This document shows positions 63,622 through 64,000 of a stretch of 64,000 bases of DNA, one piece after another. Every line of letters begins with the position of its first letter. Position 1 is the stretch's first letter. The translations under genes were made by a program, and so were the position numbers. The notes below the pieces were generated by a model that saw only the letters and a program-made list of their open reading frames with translations, was not told the origin of the DNA and did no database searches. The stretch is from Mobula hypostoma (taxonomy: Eukaryota): contig NC_086119.1 of the NCBI RefSeq assembly GCF_963921235.1, positions 45,756,001 through 45,820,000 on the forward strand. The letters run 5' to 3'.

Positions 63622-64000
63622 GTAAGTAGAATTACGTAGGGATTTAAACTTAACTTGGATAGCACCCTCCCCCACCCCCAAAAAAGATGCATGGAGTGTG
63701 CTGCATGAATATGTTGTGTCCTTGATTACAATGCATGCAACAAGCCTGCTTCATGCTTTCTCATCATTCTAACTAATTTGACATGTCATTGACAGGCTGC
63801 AAAGGCCTAGAAGATCTCTTATTTTACCAAGAGTCAAATTCCAATGATCTTAATGGAGGGTCACTAAAAACTGAATGATGTCGTACGAATAAATGCATCC
63901 TCTTTTTTTTTAACCTTTCTTTTTTTTTAAATTTTATTTTTATTTGGATAAGGAATTCACAAATATCATGTACTTTTTTCACACATATAACCTTTTCCAT

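Overview
Vertebrate genomic DNA, not prokaryotic. The repeat content (CR1, Rex1/Babar, Penelope, tRNA-SINEs) suggests a cartilaginous fish, probably a ray; this is an inference. There are three host genes: (1) the first coding exon of DTX2 (minus strand, WWE domain; the rest lies left of the window); (2) a complete 3-exon ALKBH4 (minus strand, 315 aa); (3) the 5' part of LRWD1/ORCA (plus strand, a probable non-coding first exon plus 8 coding exons, 424 codons, continuing beyond the window). ALKBH4 and LRWD1 are head-to-head across a CpG-island promoter. Most remaining sequence is transposon-derived and often nested: CR1, Rex1/Babar, I/Nimb-like and Hero-like LINEs, Penelope-like elements (PLE), SINEs, Tc1, hAT/Charlie and a Chapaev3-like element. 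There is one 271-nt assembly gap. The most notable non-genic signal is a family of minimal hammerhead-ribozyme-like motifs in PLE terminal repeats, several sense to the ALKBH4 pre-mRNA, including a 131-bp solo unit with a 14-bp TSD. I found no convincing wholly new biological system. Family assignments come from motif recognition, not database searches.
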